Below are positions 43,101 to 56,348 of a stretch of 64,000 nucleotides of DNA, in pieces (within the stretch, counting starts at the first letter, position 1; every line of letters begins with the position of its first letter). The notes under the pieces are model-generated. The model made no database searches. It saw only the letters and a list, made by a program, of their open reading frames with translations, and was not told the DNA's origin. Origin of the DNA: an uncultured Planctomycetota bacterium. GTDB taxonomy: Bacteria; Planctomycetota; Planctomycetia; Isosphaerales; Isosphaeraceae. Location: positions 1,120,001 to 1,184,000 of the forward strand of contig CAWGMQ010000004.1 in NCBI GenBank assembly GCA_963823665.1, written 5' to 3'. Position numbers and translations under genes: made by a program.

Positions 43101-44560
43101 CATACGACGCCCGGGGCGATTGGGTGGGCGTCGCCGGCCCGCGCCTGAAATCCGGCGGCGATGGCCCGATCGCCGTGACCGTGGAGGACTTGAGCTACAA
43201 CGGTTTTCCAGATCTCGCCGTCTTCAACGGCAACAGTGGCACGGTCATCGAGCTGCCCGGTGTCGGCGAAGGGTTCTTCGACGACCAGAATCCGCGCACA
43301 TTGATCAACTTCGGCAGCGCGCTGGTGCAGCCGCCCACGTTCGTGGGCAACACCGGTTTGGGATACGGCGTGACGGCGGGCGGCGACCTTGTACGCTTCA
43401 ACCTTTCGTCAGCCGGCGCGGGAACGTCTGTCGCGTATTCGGGCCAGCAGGTCGTCGCCGCACAGGCCGTTGCCAGCGGTCAGGTGCTAGTGGCGCTCGC
43501 CGACGGCGGCGTCGATCTTCTGCAGCCGCAAGGCAACGCTCTGACGGTCGAGTCGGTCTTGCAGGCGCAGGGGGGCGTGCCGGCCTTGCCCAGCGCGATC
43601 GAAGTCGTGAACAAGCCCGGCGGGCAGCTCAATGTCCTGGTCAGCAGCGAGGGCTCGGACAACATCTTCGTGTTCTCCGAGGTGGCGGCCTCAGAGGAAG
43701 GCGGCGGGGCTCTCCCGGGCGGTTCGTCGCCACTAGTTTTGAACTCCATACAAAACCCGGTGCTCTCAAGCGCGACCGCGAGCGTGACATCCGCATTGAC
43801 GACGAGCGCGATCGCGACGAGCGCCTCCGCGACGACGGCGAGCACAAGCACGTCAACCTCGACGAGCTCGGCCACCGTGTCATCGACGGCCACGTCGTCC
43901 GTCGGGTTGTCTCTGGGTGGGTTCTCCTCACTCGGCAATCGTTCCGCGCTGGGAAGCGGCGAGACCGTGCTCGTTCCGGTCGAGGGCAACACCTATATCA
44001 GCGTACCCATTCTCGATCTCGGCTCTGGGAATGATGACGAAGACGGTGTCGGCGAGCGGCGCATGCCCTGGCTCTCCAGCAAGTACAATTTCAGCGACAC
44101 CTCTGCCTTGACGCGGTTTGTGATCGGTCTTGATCAGGCGCTGCGCGGATACCGTGGTGTTGATGAATCTCCCGTGTTCGGCGGCCCCGGCGCACTCAAT
44201 GATCCATGGAACGAGGATTTATTCCATCAGCATCTCCCTGTTTTGCCGCCGGTTCACGGCACTGGCGGCGACGACCCGCAGGCCATGCTGCCCGAGCTGC
44301 AGCCGCACACGCGCGGCGTTCGGGCCCGGCTCCGGGCCGAGGGGAGCGATCGCCCAGATGATCCGCCCGCAAGACCTGCGACCCCCACGGGCGCCGGATT
44401 CATGGCTCTGGCCAGCCTGATCGTTGCGATGCGGCGACCATCGGCCAGGGCCCGGCCGGCTTGGCGGAAACTCGAGCGCACCAATCTCCCGGTGGGGCCG
44501 AAGGAGATGTTCGCGCGGCGACCACAGCCCGTTCCGGCTTTTCGCGAGTTCAAGCGATGA
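37161..44560 (+). CDS. Giant FG-GAP/VCBS repeat exported protein, copy A (~2466 aa; 1-nt deletion near 41414)
   Basis: WLEHRTLLA motif, PPC/CARDB-like N-terminal domains, many ADLxGDGxxD...VSVLLGNGDGTF repeats; continues in 41423..44560. Confidence 0.9.
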
Positions 44561-45079
44561 GCAATGCCCGTGGCTCGGTGGCCCAGACGGCCGCGAGTGA
44601 ACCTTGGGTTAAGGTGACCGGCTCGCCGCGTTTGTGGAACTGGCTGGCTGAGCGGCGAGTGATTGCCGTCGGCGAGCCTTGATCGCTCTGAAGCCGGGTC
44701 GGCCTGCGTTCTGGACCTGATCACCGACTGAGCTAGCACTGGGTCGAGCCGATGAATTCGTCGATTTTCGCCTTACTGAATAGGGGATGCGCCTTGCGTG
44801 CTCCGGGAGCGCGGTTCGCGCTGTTCATTCCTGGCCGCTCAAAGGGCCAAGGAACGGCGGACGGGCGAGGGAGATTGCCCGAAAAGGCCGTTTGTTGCGA
44901 TTAATCAACATAAGACTCGTCGTAATCGGATCTTTCGTGTGGTCGATTTAAAGGGTATTATTGATGTGGCTTCGACCGAGCCTATCTACGTTCAAAGCAC
45001 GCGTCGACAAACCTCGCAGTCCTGAGGACAGACGTTCTTCGAGGCGTCCACTTGCGCCCGCCGGTGGGAATTGAGTTTC

Positions 45080-48000
45080 ATGGGCCCACGAACCCCTTGC
45101 CCACATCCGACACGGCTCCGGCAATTCTTGCGTGATCGGGCCCAATCCCCCGCGACCGATCGCGTACAGGAGCATCTCGCGCAGTGTGAATCTTGCCGTT
45201 TGGTGGTTGCCGGGCGTGAGAACCGAATCCGGAGAGGGGACTCAGCAGACACTCGTCTACCTTAGCCTGGCTCAATCGGAGCAGGCGGGTTTCTTCCACG
45301 ATCCCACGAAAGAAGTTCGACTGAGAACCGACGGTCCGGCGGTCACGACGATCCAGATCACGGTCGACTCGGCCAAAGAGCTAACCGATGTTGATTCAGG
45401 ATTTGACGTATCGAGCGCGACCAAGCAAGCGCGCCCGCGAATCACATCCGATTCCATGTCGACCTGCGAGATCGCGCCCGGTGGCGAGTCGGACACCGGG
45501 TCGTTCGTGTTGCCGCAAGCCCCCACTCTGAGCGACTCAGGTCCGCCTGGTACGATCGAGTCCGATTCGATGACGACATGCGAGATTCTGCCGGGCGGCG
45601 GCGCTGGCAGCGGGTCGTTCGTGATGGCTGGGACGCCGGATGAACCCAACGCTTTCTCGGAAACATGTGTGCTCGAGCCGGGCACGCGTTCGAGCCAGGC
45701 GGGCGGATCCGACTTTCGGTTTTCGCCCACGCTGTATGACTCCAAGTCAGACGCGGATTCGAGGCGGGGAAAGTTCGATCACGTCGGCGTTCCAGGTTAC
45801 GACATCCTGGAGGAGCTCGGGCGGGGCGGCATGGGCGTGGTGTACAAGGCCCGCGATCGGCGGCTGCAGCGGCTGGTTGCGCTCAAGATGGTGCTGGCCG
45901 GCGCGCACGTGGGCGCGGTTGGGCTGGCGAGGTTCCGTGCCGAGGCGGAAGCTGTTGCGAAGCTCTCGCATGCCAACATCGTCCAGATCTACGAGAACCG
46001 GCGAGCACGAAGGCCGGCCGTATTTCTCGCTCGAGCTGGTTGAGGGAGGGAGCCTCGAGCAGCGGATTCTGGAGAGCCCGGCCACCCCGCGAGCAGCCGC
46101 GGCGTTCGTCGAGACGCTGGCGCATACGATGGCGGTGGCGCATGAGCGCGGCATTGTCCATCGCGACCTCAAGCCGGCGAACATCCTGCTGGCGAAGATG
46201 GGCAGCGGGTCGTCGATCGTGAAGAACCGGGATTCTGATTCGCATACTCTACCGGCGGACCACTGGTCACGCAGTACGATTCCCAAGATCGCGGACTTTG
46301 GCCTGGCCAAGCAGGTGGACGACGATTCGAGCCAGACCAAGAGCGGCACGATCATGGGCACGCCCAGTTACATGGCGCCCGAACAGGCGGCGGGAAAGAT
46401 CCGGGAAATAGGGCCGGGAGCCGACATCTATTCACTCGGGGCGATCCTGTACGAGATGCTGGTTGGCCGGCCGCCGTTCAAGGCAGGCAATCCGATCGAC
46501 ACGATTCGCCAGGTCATCGAGCAAGAGCCGGTGTCGCCCCGGCAGCTCGAGCCGCGGGTGCCGCACGACCTGGAGACGATCTGCCTGAAATGTCTGGAGA
46601 AGGAGCCCGCGCGCCGATTCGCCACGGCGCTTGATCTGGCCGACGACTTGCGTCGCTTCGTTCTAGGCGACCCGATTCACGCCCGACCGACGCCAACATG
46701 GGAACGTGCCTGGAAATGGGGAAAGCGCCGGCCGATGGCTGTGGCGCTTCTGGGCGTGATCGCGCTGGGGGCACTGAGCACCGTGCTTTTCATTGTCTGG
46801 CACAACGGCGTGCTGCAGACCAAGCTCGACGTCGCATTGAAGGAAGAACGGCAGGCGAGGCAGCGTGAGCTCGACGCGCGCGAGGAGCAACGGCTGACGC
46901 TCGTGCAGCAAGGGGGGCAGAAGCTCTTCGACAGCGCCCGGGTCGCGGCGGCGACCGGCGATTGGCCTCGCGCTCGAGTTGACCTCGAGAAGACACTCAC
47001 GACGATCGGGGGCGAGCCACGGCTTCAATCACTCAAGGAGCACGCGGGGGCGCTGCTCAAACAGGTGGAGCAGGAATTGCGTGTGGAGTCTGATCGGCGG
47101 GAGTCCCGGGGCCGGTTGCAGTCGTTCGTCGGCCTGCGCGACGAGGCTCAGTTCCTGGGCACTCTGTACACCGGCATGGACCTGACTGCAAACCTGCAAG
47201 CCGCGCGTGCTTCGGCGCGGAAGGCGCTGGCCGTTTACGCGGTCGTACCCGGAGAGGAGGGTCGACCCAAGCTCGACGCCTACCTGAGTGCTTCCGAGCA
47301 GAAAGAAATCCAGGCGGATTGCTCGCAGCTTCTTTTGATCCTTGCGGAGACTGAAGCTCAGTCGGCTTCCACCGGGAAGCCGCTGGAAAAGGAACCGTAT
47401 CTTTGCAGAGCGCTCGGCTACCTGGAAGAGGCGCGGCGACATGGAGCGCCGGTACGTGCTTTTCACCTGCGGCGGGCGCGCTACCTTCACATGCTCGGCG
47501 ACAACCAGGAGGCAGCCCGCGACGAGCAGAAGGCCCAGACTGCTCCCCTGGCCGATGTCTTTGATCACTTCCTGATCGCGGACGAGCTTTATCGCCGGGA
47601 ACAGTTCGGTGAGGCGATCAAGGAGTTCGATCGGGTTCTTGAGAGCAAGCCGGGCCATTTCTGGGCACAATACTTGAATGCGCTGTGCCTGTTGCGCCAG
47701 CAGCGGCCTGCCGAGGCGCGGGCACTGCTCAGCGCCTGCCTGGCTGCTCGATCTGACTTCGTCTGGCTCTACTTGCTACGCGGCTTCGCTCACCAGGAGC
47801 TGCAGTTATGGGCGGCGGCCGATTCCGATTTCCAGCATGCCTCGCAAATGGCCCTCGACGAGAACGCTCGCTATGTGCTTCTGGTCAATCGCGGCGTTTT
47901 GCGCGTCCGGACCGAGCGAATCGACGATGCGATTGCCGATCTGAAGGCAGCGATCGCGCTCAAGCCGAGCGCGTACCAGGCGTACGTGAACCTGGCCCAA

Positions 48001-48915
48001 GCGTACCGCCGGCAGGGCAAGCTCGACCTTGCGCTCGAACAATTGCATCGTGCCGCGGTACTCGAGCCGGGTCTGGCTCATCTTTATCGGCTGCAATCGC
48101 GGCTCCATGTGGAGCGCGACGAACCGGATCTCGCCCTTAAGAATCTTGACGAGGCGATCAAGCGCGAGGCAGCGAATTCTCCCTACCAGGTCGACGACTA
48201 CATCGAGCGCGGACGTCTGCTCTTGCGCACCGAGAAGCACAGCCAGGCTCTTGCATCATTCGATGCAGCGCTGGCGTTGCGCAAAGATCATTCGCTGGGC
48301 CAACGGCTTCGTGCGGAGGCCTTGTTCCGGCTGGGGCGTTTTGCGGAAGTGATCGCTGGATTTGACCGCTACCTGGAGACGGGGAAACCGCTCGAGTCAG
48401 TCTATCGCGGCCGCGGGCTGGCACGGAGCGAGCTGGGCCAATACCCTGGCGCGATCGAAGATTTCACGAAGGCGCTCGAGCTGGACCCGACGTCGGACGT
48501 GCAAGCCTATCGAGGTTGGACTTATCTTGTGCTGGATGCGCCGAAGCTTGCGCTGCGTGACTTCGAGCTGGCCATCGAGCTTGATCCCAAAAACGCCGAC
48601 GCGTACAACGGCCGAGGATTCGCCCGGGCCAAGCTTGGCCGTTACGCGGAGACCGCTCAGGATGCCATGCAGGCGCTGCGCCGCGGGCCGACGACTCCGC
48701 GATTGCTATACAACGCCGCGCGTGTCTACGCTCAGTGCCCGGGACCCTACCGCGAGCGTGCCCTGGATTTGATCGAGAAAGCGCTCGGCTTGCTTCCCGA
48801 GGAGGAACGTCGCGCCTTCTGGTCGACGCACGTTCGGTCGGATCCGGCCCTGGCGAGCCTGCACCGGCATCCACTGTTCGCCAGACTCTACGACGAACTA
48901 CCCCGGGGGAAGTGA
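45080..48915 (+). CDS. Ser/Thr kinase-TM-TPR protein, copy B (1-nt insertions near 45221 and 45997)
   Basis: Pieces 45071..45265, 45132..46043 and 45640..48915 are colinear with copy A; both copies correct to 1277 aa. Confidence 0.92.
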
Positions 48916-48918
48916 TTC

Positions 48919-51900
48919 ATGGCTCAAAACGTGCGGGCCGTGGATTTGCGCCCTAGACCGAGCCGCAGGTGGTCGTTCCGGACACTGGAGGGAGATTGGC
49001 TCGAACGGCGCACCCTGCTGGCCGCCTCACCGCTCGAGACGGCTGTCCCACTCCACTTCGGCGTTTTCAATGATGCTCAAGTGTCGAATGTTCTCTCGAA
49101 TCCAGAGGAGTTCGACCTGTACTCGCTCTCGCTTCAAGAAGGTCAGACGCTCGACGCCAGCATTGACGCACAAGATGCCGGCAGCGGCTTGACGAGCCTG
49201 CTGCGCGTTTTCAGCTCAAGTGGTGCGCCGCTGGCGCTCGACAACCAGCTCGGGGGCGATCCGCACCTGACCTTTCAGGCTGCAACGACGGGCACGTACT
49301 ATATTGGTGTCAGCAGCGCCCCCAACAATAACTACGATCCGAGGGTGCTCTCCAGCAGCGGCACGGGTGAGACCACCGGGCCGTACCAACTGAACGTCGA
49401 CATCTCGAAGGCCGGTCCGCTCTTACCGGACGTGACAGGCAGTTCATTCCGCACCGGTGCCAGCATGGCGGCACCGGGCGACACGGTCCCGGTCAACTTC
49501 ACGGTCGAGAACGGAGGCGGCGCCGACCCCGGCAACTTCCAGGTGCAGGTGCTGCTGGCCGACAGCAATCTTTTTGGCAGTTCCTCGCTGGTCCTGGCGA
49601 CCTACTCCCGCGCCGACTTGTTGCCGTCCGCGACGGGCGCGAGTTTTCGGCGCGGGCCGGCTCGAGCGTAACGGTGCCGGCCGGGCTCGCTTCAGGGCAA
49701 GAGTACATCGGGTTGCGTATCCTAGCGGACCCTGCGGTGCCGGAGGCCGGCTTGTATGACAAGAGTGGAGTTCATCGCGGCGCGGACTGGGAACCGCTCG
49801 TGATCGTTTCCCGGGCTTCCGCCGGTGTCACCGACCTGTTGCAGGTCGATGCCGGCCTGCGGACGGAAGTCACCGGGACGGCCGGCCCGACTGAGGACGG
49901 CGCGTACACTTTCACGGTGAGCAGCGGCATGGGCACGGGAGAGCTGACCGCCCTGGTCAGTGGAGGTGGGGGCTTGGTCCCGCGCTTGACGTTGTCCAGC
50001 CAGACTGGTCAAACGCTGATCCAGTCTGATAGCGATCAGATTGTCCAGGAGTTGCAACCGGGGATGTACATTCTGAGCGTCTCGGCGGAGTCTGGCCAGG
50101 GTACGTTCGACCTCACCACTTCCTTCACCGCGACGGGCCCACTGCTGGCACCTCTGCCGAATCCGCTTTCAGGGGGATTCGGCCAGGTCAGGCTGGCCAT
50201 GGGCGACCTGACCAACAACGGAATTCTCGATCTAGTCGTTCCCGACCAGCTCGATGACGTCGTTGACATTTACATGGGCAATGGGGATGGCACGTTCCAA
50301 CCGCCGGAAGCGGTTAACGTCGGCGCCGAGCCTCGATTCGTGACCCTGGCGGACCTTAACGGTGACGGCAAACTCGACATCGTCACCTCCAACTGGCGGG
50401 CGGGCACGGTCAGCGTGCTCCTGGGCAATGGCGACGGCACGTTCCAAGCTGCGAAACAATACACGGTCGGACAGAACGATGGTGCAATCGCGGTGGCGGA
50501 TCTTACCGGCGATGGCTTTCCCGACATCGTTACCGCCAACTACCTCGACGACTCGGTGAGTGTCTTGCTGGGCAATGGCGACGGTACTTTTCAGCCACAA
50601 CGAGTGGATCCCGTGGGCCCGGGTCCGATTGGGCTGGTCGTGGCGGACCTCACTGGCGACGGCATCCCAGACATCGTGACCGCGAATACGTTCGGCGCCG
50701 ACATCAGCGTGCTCGTCGGCAACGGCGACGGCACGTTTCAATCCGGGCAAACCTTCCCGGCGGGAGACGGCCCCGGTTCGATCGCCGCGGTCGATCTCAA
50801 CGGGGACGGCAAGCCTGACCTGCTTGTGAGCAACACCTACTACGGCACCGCGAGCGTGCTGCTGGGCAACGGGGATGGCACGTTTCAACCGCCGCAATCT
50901 TACGCCACGGGGCCAGGGCCTGATTGGGTGGTGGCGGCGAACTTTAATGACAGCGGCACTTTCGACCTCGTTGCAGCAAATAGTGACGGCACGCTTAGCC
51001 TGCTGCCGGGCAATGGAAACGGCACTTTCGGGCCGAGGCAAGTTTTACCAGGCAGCTTCCCGGGGGAGCCGGTGGTCGGGGACCTTAACGGCGACGGCAA
51101 GCCCGACATCGCCGTCGCAGGCGGCGGCGCGGTCAGCGTGCTCCTGGGCAATGGAGACGGCACTTTCCAGACGCCGACGCCTGCCACCGCGCCCGCTGTC
51201 GGTCTTATACCGTACGCCGTGACGGTGGCAGACCTCACTGGCGATGGCCGGTCCGACATCATCACGGCCAACATTAACGACGACAGCGTGAGTGTGCTGC
51301 TCCAGAACAGCGACGGAACGTTCGAGACCAGGCAGACTTTCCCGACTGGATCCGGAACGGGCCCGGCGGCTGTGACCGTGGCCGACCTCACGGGTGACGG
51401 CATTTCGGACCTCATCGTCGCCGACTACCACAGCAACAGCGTGAGCGTATTGATGGGCAACGGCGATGGCACCTTCCGGGCACCGCAGATCTTCGCCGTC
51501 GGTGATTCGCCCAACGACGTGACCGTGGCAGACCTGCGTAACGACGGTAAAGAGGACATCATCTCCGCCAACAAGTCCAGCAACACGATCAGCGTGTTGC
51601 TGGGCAACGGCGACGGCATTTTTCAGACGCAAGCCGTTTATGCGGTCGGACCGAGCCCCAGCGCGGTCACGGTGGCGACGCTCACCGATAACGGCATTCC
51701 CGATATCATCACCGCCAACCACCATAACGGGACGGTCAGTGTGCTCTTGGGCAACGGCGACGGCACCTTCAAGCCCGCGAAAACGTACGTGGCGGGCGGG
51801 AGTACGGGAAAGGCCGGTGCAGTGGTGGTGGCGGACCTGACCGGCGACGGCATCTCCGACATCGTCGTGGCCAACAGCGGATCAAACAGCGTGAGCATCT

Positions 51901-54900
51901 TACGCGGTAACGGGGATGGCACCTTCGAGCCTGCGAACGCATACGCGGTTGGCGATGACCCACGCGGGTTGGCGGTGGCAGACTTGAACGTCGATGGCAA
52001 AGAAGACATCGTCACCGCCAATTACGGCGACTCGACGGTCAGCGTGTTGCTGGGCAGCGGGAACGGCTCCTTCGCGCCGCAGCAGACCTACGCGGTCGGA
52101 GCCGGCGCCTACGGAGTTACGGTAGCGGACCTGACCGGCGACGGCAAACCCGACATTGTCACCGCCAACGAAGGCGCCAGCAGCGTCAGCGTGCTCTTGG
52201 GCAATGGCGACGGCACGTTTCAGCCCCAAGAGGTCTTACAACTGGGCGCCAACAAATACTCCGCGACAATTGCGGATATTACCGGTGACGGCAATTCCGA
52301 CATTATCGAAACCAGCCGGCTCCAAGGGACCGTGAGCGTGCAACTGGGCAACGGCGACGGCACGTTCTCGCAGGGAGCGAGCATGGCGGTCGGTGCTGAG
52401 CCGACAGCATCGGCGGTAGCGGACTTGAACGGCGACGGCCGACTGGACATCGTGACGACCAACTCCGGTGACAACACGGTCAGCGTTCTCCTGGGCAACG
52501 GCGACGGCACGTTCCAGCCTGAGCACAAGTACGCCGTCGGGCGCAGCCCGCGCGGGTTGGCGGTGGCCGACCTAGGCGGCGACGGCATTCCCGACATCGT
52601 CGTGGCCAACTACGACGATAACACGGTAAGCGTGCTCGTGGGCAAAGGCGATGGCTCTTTCCAGCCGCAAGTCGTCTATGCCGTCGGAGCCAGGCCCTAC
52701 GCGGTCGCCGTGGCGACGCTCACGGGTGACGGCATTCCCGATATTATCGTCGCTAATTCAGGTGGAGACAGCGTCAGTGTGCTGCTGGGGAGGGGAAACA
52801 GCACCTTTGAGCCCGCGAAAACCTTCACCGTGGGTCGCCAGCCGTTTGCCCTGGCTGTAGCGGACGTGACCGGCGATGGCATCCTCGACATTGTCACCGC
52901 CAACTACGCCGACGACACTGTGAGCGTGCTCCTCGGCGAGGGTGACGGCTCCTTTTTGCCCCAGATGGTTTTCGACACCGGCAAGCACCCATCGTCGGTC
53001 GCTGTGGCGGACGTACTCGGCGACGGATTGCCCGACATCGTGACCGCCGACGCCGGCGATAACACCATCAGCGTGCTGCGGAACAACGGCCGCGGGGCGT
53101 TTCAAGCGCCGCTCTCGTTCGCGACTGACCAGCAACCGCTCCAGACCTTGGTGGCGGACGTCAACGACGACGGACTGCCCGACTTGCTCACCGTGAGCAA
53201 CCACGACAGTGCGATCGGCGTGCTGCTGAATTCGGGGGCCAACAGCTTCGTGTCGGCCTCCTCGGCCGTGGCTGTCGGGATGACCAATACGCCCTTCCTG
53301 GCTGATCTCACAGGTAACGGAATTCTCGACAGTGTCGTCCTGGATCGCTCCGGCAACATCCTGTTCCGCGCGGGACTGGCTGGGGGCAATTCGTTCGCTC
53401 CGCCCGTGATTCTCAACCCCGGCCGGCCGGCACGCGACATCGCGATCGTGAACATCGGATCCGGATTGGCCGTCGCCGCTGACGACGCCAACTTCGATCC
53501 TCTGCTTTCCACCAACCAGTTCGTCTTCACCGTGTCGATTTACAAGGTGAGCGAGCGCAGCAATGTCTCCGTTCTTCAAGATGGACCACGCGCACCGCTG
53601 GGCTCGACTTCCATAATGAGCGAAGACGTGAATGTCAGTCGCACGATCGCCTTCTCTTCGACAGCTCTGCCCACGCGTCTCACGGTCGCCGACCTGACCG
53701 GGAACGGCCTGGACGACCTGATCGCGGCCAACTCCCTGAACAACAGCGTCACCATCGCGTTGCAGACCGCACCGGGAAGATTCGCAGCGCCTATGACGGT
53801 CAGCGTCGGAAACACGCCGTCGGACATCACGATTACGGACTTGAACGGTGATTCCCTACCAGACATCGTGGTGAGCGATCAAGCCTCGGGCGAAGTGACC
53901 GTGCTGCTTGATGATCCAACACATTCCTTCAGCCAGCAGCTCAGGTTCAATGCTGGCACGGAGCCGAGCACGCTGGAGTCGAGTGCAGGCAGTCTGTACC
54001 GGAGCTCAGGCACCCTGCCGGTGAGTGTGGTCGCCGGGGATTTCTTCGGCAATGGCCAGACGGACCTCGTGGTGGTGGATCGCGGCTCGCACGACTTCAC
54101 GGTGCTGCCCGCCGATGGTCACGGCGGCGTCCTCGACCCGTCGCCCGCGCTGACGACCTCAACCAGCGACAGCCTCAACATCAACAACCAACCAGGCGCG
54201 ATGGTGGCCGGCGATTTCAATCGCGACGGCATGCTCGATCTCGCCGTTTTGATGGAAGACACGGGACAGGTCTGGATCTTCGGCGGGCTTGGAAATGGCA
54301 CGTTTCATCATACGTTCAGCATCGCCGTCGGCGACCAGGCCACCGGGCTCTCGGTCGTCCCCGGAAACGGTCCGGGACTACTGAATCTCCTGGTGGGCAA
54401 CAGCTTCGGCGACGTCTTGATCCTTGAGGGCAGGGGCGACGGTACTTTTCAAATACAGGGGAGTCGTGTTTCACTGTCGGTCGTGCCGAATTTGCTTGGC
54501 CAGGGCCAGGCTGGTGTTCTGGTCGGGGACCAGCAGAATGATCGGGTCACGGTCCAGGCGCCGTCGGCAAACGGCAATCAATATGCACCGGTGGCGACGC
54601 TGGCCGGCACGTCCGCCACATCCGAGGAGCTGGCGCCCGGCGACGTGCAGTGGGCTTTCCTCGATCAAGGGTCCCCTTATCCCGACGCGATCGTCGTGGG
54701 CACGGGCGGTAACAGCGTGGAGGTCTATCGCACGATTTCCATCACCGACGGCGTGCCCACGTTCGCCAGTTCGCCCGAGACCTACTTCGTCGGAACGGCG
54801 CCGGTCAGCGTCACCGTGGCCGACTCAAACGGCGATGGCATTCCCTACCTGCTGGTCGCCAACGAGGGGAGCAACGACGTCTCCGAGATCTTCGGCTCCT

Positions 54901-56348
54901 ACAACGCGGACGGTGACTGGGTCGGAATTCCAGGGCCGCGTTTGAATTCCGGCGGCGACGGCCCGATCGCGGTGATCGTGGCCGATTTGACCAGCAATTC
55001 CATTCCCGACCTCGCGGTCGTCAACGGCGGCAGCGGTACCGTGACCCTGTTGCCGGGCGTCGGCGGCAATTTCTTTGATGACCAGGATCCCAAAGCCCTG
55101 TTCAACCTCGGCAGCGCCGTGGTCCAGCCACCCGCACTCACGGGCACGAGTGGAGTGGGTTACGCAGTGACGGCCGGAGGAAACCTGGTGCGTTTCGACC
55201 TCGACAATCCCGCCGCCGGCGTCAGCGTGGTGTACGCGGCCGGGCAGGTGGTGGCCGCCCAGGCACTCGCGAACGGTCAAGTCGTGGTTGCACTGGCCGA
55301 CGGAGCCGTAGATCTCATGAACGCGCAAGGGAACAGCCTGAGTGTGGCGTCCGTGCTTCAGGCGCAGGGGGGCGTTCCTGCTTTACCGAGCGCGATCGAC
55401 GTCGTGAGCAAACCGAGCGGTCAGTTCAGTGTCCTGGTAAGCAGCGAGGGTTCCGACAATATCTTCGTGTTCGCCCAGGTGGCCGCGTCACCGGAAGGAG
55501 AAGGCGGCGGAGCTCTCCCGGTGAGTTCATCGCCTCCGGTACTGAATTCGATTTCGACGCCGAGCCTCTCGAGCGCGACCGCGAGTGCAACTTCCGGACT
55601 GACTACAAGCGCGATCACGACGAGCACCTCGACGACGGCGTCGAGTGCAAGCACGTCAACCTCGACCAGCTCAGCCTCGGTTTCATCGACCGCCACCTCG
55701 ACGATCGGCCTCTCGCTAGGCGGCTTCTCGTCGCTAGGCAATCGATCCACCGGAGCGAACGAGAGCACCGTTCTCGTTTCGGTTGAGGGCAACACCTATC
55801 TCAGCGTACCGATTCTCGGCCTCGGCTCCCCTGAAGATGACGAAGGCGGTGTCGGCGAGCGCCGCATCCCCGAGCTTTCCGGCAAGTTCAACTTCGGCGA
55901 CACCTCCCCCTTAACACGGTTCGTGATTGGCCTGGACGAGGCGCTGCAGGGATACCGCGGAACCGATGCGACGCCCGGAGTAGCCGGCCCTGGATCGTTA
56001 AACGATCCTTGGAATGAAGACCTGTTTCATCATCGCCTCCCTGCGTTGCCTCCACCTCCCGACGCGCAGCGCAACGGCCCGTCGGCCATCTTGATCGAAC
56101 CGCAACCAGAGGCGCGAGGCGTTTCGGCCAGGTCAGGCGACGAGCGCAAGGATTATCCGACCGGTTTGGCCTTCCGAGCCGAAGCTCCGAGCGGCGCCGG
56201 ATTTCTGGCGCTGGGGGGAATGATCATTGCGATGTGGCGACGGGCGGCCTGGCGAACACTCGACCGCGCCGACCTCGCACCTCGTCCGAGGCCGATATTC
56301 CGTCGTCGACGGCAGCCGACTGCGCCATCTCGCGAGTTCACGCAATGA
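48919..56348 (+). CDS. Giant FG-GAP/VCBS repeat exported protein, copy B (~2476 aa; frameshift near 49645)
   Basis: 48919..49671 (WLERRTLLA, PPC-like) plus 49674..56348, colinear with copy A. Confidence 0.9.

Noticed and set aside
42853..44034. Long alternative-frame and antisense ORFs (also 675..1829, 8509..9987, 28491..29909, 58559..59950, 61518..62666)
   Set aside because: Arg/Pro/Ala-rich shadow ORFs of well-supported genes, expected in high-GC DNA.
44557..44682. Small ORF overlapping the FG-GAP stop (ATGA) as a third gene of the module
   Set aside because: The equivalent ORF at 56345 stops after ~22 codons and is not conserved beyond MSN..GS.
33325..48915. Diversity-generating retroelement template/variable repeat pair
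   Set aside because: The differences between copies are not adenine-specific, they span whole genes, and no reverse transcriptase is present.
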